DNA of 64,000 nucleotides from Gammaproteobacteria bacterium (GTDB taxonomy: Bacteria > Pseudomonadota > Gammaproteobacteria > Ga0077536), in the NCBI GenBank assembly GCA_963662545.2, contig CAXXLL010000002.1:2400001-2464000 (forward strand). The letters run 5' to 3'. This document shows positions 61,075-64,000 of this stretch, one piece after another (position 1 is the stretch's first letter; every line of letters starts with the position of its first letter). The position numbers and the translations under genes are program-made. The notes under the pieces were generated by a model, which worked only from the letters and a program-made list of their open reading frames with translations, did no database searches and was not told where the DNA came from.

Positions 61075-61127
61075 CTAGGCGCATCTACCCAGTTTGGGTA
61101 AGGCCCTGATGCCTGACTGCGATCGAT

Positions 61128-61709
61128 TCACTTCGCCAGGCTTTCGGCCTTGCGCCGCGCGCTGGCGGCTTGCACCGAATTTCCCTGCGCCGTTTCAATA
61201 TCCGCGATCAATCTCCATGCGGCCGCCTGTTCACCCGGACGCGCCGACACAAGCGATAAGGCCCGCTGTGCAAGTTCTGCAGCCTGCTTCAGTGTCCCCT
61301 TGCGGTAGTGCGTGAAAGCGAGCTGGGTCCAAAGACTCGAGTCGTTTGGCGAGAGCTTCAGCGCGCGTTCGAGCGCCGCTTGGGCGCGGTCCCACTCGCC
61401 CCGCCCCACCGACTGCATCGCCGCGGCGACCAGGCTTTGCACGGCCACATTCGGCGGCGGTGGCGTTCGATACGATTGTTCTGCTTTGGCAATTTGGATC
61501 GCCGGATACGCGACGCCGTCTCTCGCTGTGGTGGTTTCGATGCCCGATGCATCAATACTAGCGGCCCCTTCTCGCGCGGAAACATCTCGAGACGGGGCTC
61601 TGTCTTCAATCGGCGCCGTCTTTCGCAACTGCGAAGCCGGACCCGCGCAACCCGCCACAACGAAGGCCAGCACTAGAATTGCAACGATACGATCCACGGC
61701 TGAGCTCAA
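61128..61709 (-). CDS. TPR lipoprotein downstream of mrcB (possible LpoP-like PBP1B activator)
   Basis: Lipobox VAGC, disordered linker, two TPRs (AQAALERALKLSP); overlaps the mrcB stop. Confidence 0.72.
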   Translation of the reverse strand: MSSAVDRIVAILVLAFVVAGCAGPASQLRKTAPIEDRAPSRDVSAREGAASIDASGIETTTARDGVAYPAIQIAKAEQSYRTPPPPNVAVQSLVAAAMQSVGRGEWDRAQAALERALKLSPNDSSLWTQLAFTHYRKGTLKQAAELAQRALSLVSARPGEQAAAWRLIADIETAQGNSVQAASARRKAESLAK

Positions 61710-64000
61710 CGAAAAATATCTCTGAGGCGGTCAAAGAATCCGCGTCGGATGTTCGTTTCAGGCACAGCATTGGTGCAGGTCGGCGCACGGGGGATCACAC
61801 TCGCTTCGTGCACCGGAATGAGCTCGCCACCTGAACAGTTTGTATCAATTATCGTACCCGCGGCGAAGTTCACCCGCTGCCACTTGATGTCTTTTGGAAG
61901 ATCGAGGTCAAGCGGGCGTAACCCGGCCTCCATCATCGCCGCAGCCCAGATGCGAAGCGCGCCGCTGCTTCCAGTCAGGCCGGTAGGCTGGTTGTCGTCG
62001 CGGCCGACCCATGTGACACCGAGCCGGTTAGCGCCGAAACCGGCGAACCAGCTGTCGCGAAAGTCATTGGAAGTACCCGTTTTACCCGCCAGCGGTTGGA
62101 CATCGTCCAACTGGCGTAAAAGATTACGTCCGGTCCCCTCCGCAATGACGCGCGACAAAGCAAAGCGCACGATTGCGGCGGCTGCGGGCGACATCAACGG
62201 TTTGAGCTCGAGCCCATATCGTTTGAGCTTGCGTTGTGACTGATTGGTAACGGCGCTAATCGCACGTAGTGGAATCCTAAAACCGTCGTTCGCGATGATC
62301 GTATACATTTCGGCGAGTTGGAAGGGAGACATCTCGACGGCACCGAGAAAAATAGAAGGATAGGGCGGCACTTCCTCGCCACCGGCGAGCTGCTCGAGAT
62401 ATCTGGCGACATTTTCAACGCCGAGCTTCATCCCCAGGTCCACTGTCGCGAGATTAAGCGAGCGGATCAATGCATCCAGCATGCTTACCTCGCCATGTTC
62501 GCGACCGTCGAAATTCCTGGGCTGCCATACTTTGCCTTGGGCGTCGCTCCACGTGACTTGAACATCGTTTAGTTTCGTTGCCAGCGAAAAGCGCCGGGGT
62601 TGCGCCAAAGCATAGGCATAAATAAACGGCTTGATCACCGAACCGACGGGCCGGCGTGCGTCCAGCGCACGATTGAAACCGGCGTAAGTCGGGTTGCGAT
62701 CGCCGATCATCGCGAGAATTTCTCCACTGCTTGAATCCGCGACAATTACGGCTACCTGTAATCCTTGCTGGTGCGTCGTACTCTCTATTTTCGTAATAGT
62801 TGCGTGTACACCTCTTTCCGCCGCCTGCTGTATGTCGATATCGATCGTGGTAAACACGTTCAGACCGGCGACTTTCAGATCTTCGGGCCGATAGTCGCGT
62901 AAAAGCTGCCGTTTGACCAGCCCCATAAACGACGGGAAATCGGTATCTCGATCGCGCCTACGGGGCCGTAATTCGAGCGGTCTCCGGCGCAGAGCATCGG
63001 CCGCATGGGAACTCAGCAATCCGTTTTTTTCAAGTATCGATAGCACCCTATTGCGGCGGCGAAGCGAAGCATCAGGCTTACGTCTCGGATCATAGATTGA
63101 CGGACCCTTGATCATGCCAATCAACGTGGCCGACTCAGCCATGTCGAGTTCGGTCAGAGGTTTGGCGAAGTAGAATTGCGCAGCCAATTCGAACCCGTGG
63201 ATCGCTCTGTTGCCATCCTGGCCAAGAAATACCTCGTTGACATAAGTTTCGAGAATCGCCTCTTTGGAGTAACGGCGATCAATGGATATCGCCATCAACA
63301 TTTCGTTGAATTTCCGTGCCAGTGTTCGATCCCGCGTCAAGTACAAATTCTTGATCAGTTGCTGGGTAATCGTACTGCCACCCTGTACGAATCTGAGCGC
63401 TCGCAGGTTTGCCCACATAGCTCGTGCAAATCCAATCGGATCGACGCCGTAATGTGATAAATACCGGCGGTCCTCGACCGCTACCAGGGCGGCCACGAAA
63501 TCCGCGTCGATTTCCTCGAAGCTGAGCAATTTGCGGTCTTCGTAACGCCGTGGGTTGATACGCCCTATTTCGGGGGGCTCAAGGCGCATGAGATCGATAG
63601 CCAGGCTTGTGTTGGCGTCGGTAATAGACCTTATCTCGCCATCGTCGAAAGCAATCAGCGCGCGCCGCTCAGGTTCCGGAAAATCCCAAAATGCGTATCC
63701 CCTGGAACCAAATTCGAGTTTGTCGGAGGAGACGGCGAATTGCCCGCGCGACGGAACTGCCTCTGCTCGCTGATAGCCCAGGCGCTCGAGTTCTCGCTCG
63801 AGCCGCTTTCGTGAAATCGGAGCACCGGGGTAAAGTTCGACCGGGCGTGCGAATACCCGTGCCGGCAGCGCCCACCTTTTGCTCTCGAACGCTTGAGCTA
63901 CGTCCCGATCCAACCACAACCAGTATCCAGCAAAGACGATCGAGACCCACAGCGCGAGATGTCGAACATAGAACAGCACGGCGCGGCGCGGACGCGTCGC
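61706..64000 (-). CDS. mrcB: Penicillin-binding protein 1B (5' end may extend past the window)
   Basis: UB2H-like region, EDRRY, GGSTITQQ, RKFNE, SVIK, SLN, KTG. Confidence 0.95.
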   Translation of the reverse strand, partial: ATRPRRAVLFYVRHLALWVSIVFAGYWLWLDRDVAQAFESKRWALPARVFARPVELYPGAPISRKRLERELERLGYQRAEAVPSRGQFAVSSDKLEFGSRGYAFWDFPEPERRALIAFDDGEIRSITDANTSLAIDLMRLEPPEIGRINPRRYEDRKLLSFEEIDADFVAALVAVEDRRYLSHYGVDPIGFARAMWANLRALRFVQGGSTITQQLIKNLYLTRDRTLARKFNEMLMAISIDRRYSKEAILETYVNEVFLGQDGNRAIHGFELAAQFYFAKPLTELDMAESATLIGMIKGPSIYDPRRKPDASLRRRNRVLSILEKNGLLSSHAADALRRRPLELRPRRRDRDTDFPSFMGLVKRQLLRDYRPEDLKVAGLNVFTTIDIDIQQAAERGVHATITKIESTTHQQGLQVAVIVADSSSGEILAMIGDRNPTYAGFNRALDARRPVGSVIKPFIYAYALAQPRRFSLATKLNDVQVTWSDAQGKVWQPRNFDGREHGEVSMLDALIRSLNLATVDLGMKLGVENVARYLEQLAGGEEVPPYPSIFLGAVEMSPFQLAEMYTIIANDGFRIPLRAISAVTNQSQRKLKRYGLELKPLMSPAAAAIVRFALSRVIAEGTGRNLLRQLDDVQPLAGKTGTSNDFRDSWFAGFGANRLGVTWVGRDDNQPTGLTGSSGALRIWAAAMMEAGLRPLDLDLPKDIKWQRVNFAAGTIIDTNCSGGELIPVHEASVIPRAPTCTNAVPETNIRRGFFDRLRDIFR

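Noticed and set aside
1-64000. Apparent abundance of CGATCG and TCGA words (HIP1-like)
   Set aside because: Enrichment cannot be established by eye; it needs observed/expected k-mer counts.

Overview
A GC-rich gammaproteobacterial chromosomal window made almost entirely of conserved housekeeping loci. It holds the rpsB-tsf-pyrH-frr-uppS-cdsA-dxr-rseP-bamA-skp-lpxD-fabZ-lpxA-lpxB-rnhB-dnaE-accA-tilS cluster, map-mutH-dusA, pcm-tolC, hldE-hldD-waaA, xerD/dsbC, rpsP-rimM-trmD-rplS, tRNA-fMet-rimP-nusA-infB-rbfA-truB-rpsO-pnp, the AmmeMemoRadiSam trio and mrcB. No transposase, integrase island, prophage or CRISPR array is visible. The unexplained structure is three families of small non-autonomous inverted-repeat elements (MITE-like) with YTAR-type flanks: A (about 162 bp, 7 full copies plus 3 solo ends), B (161 bp, five tandem hairpins, 2 copies plus a remnant) and C (one 261 bp copy, a 48 bp perfect palindrome and two solo ends). 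Several copies have rewritten gene ends: one separates tsf from its C-terminal 20 codons, one supplies the only canonical in-frame start of tilS, and others supply the stop codons of mutH and an FlhB-like gene. Also notable are a disrupted lpxD inside an otherwise intact lipid A cluster, a structured insert in the rpsB 5' UTR, a Hanks kinase-cNMP plus PilB/GspE-type ATPase pair between xerD and dsbC, and two in-frame internal duplications (truB, amrS) that may be assembly artefacts. All gene calls are from motif and synteny recognition by eye; no database search was run.
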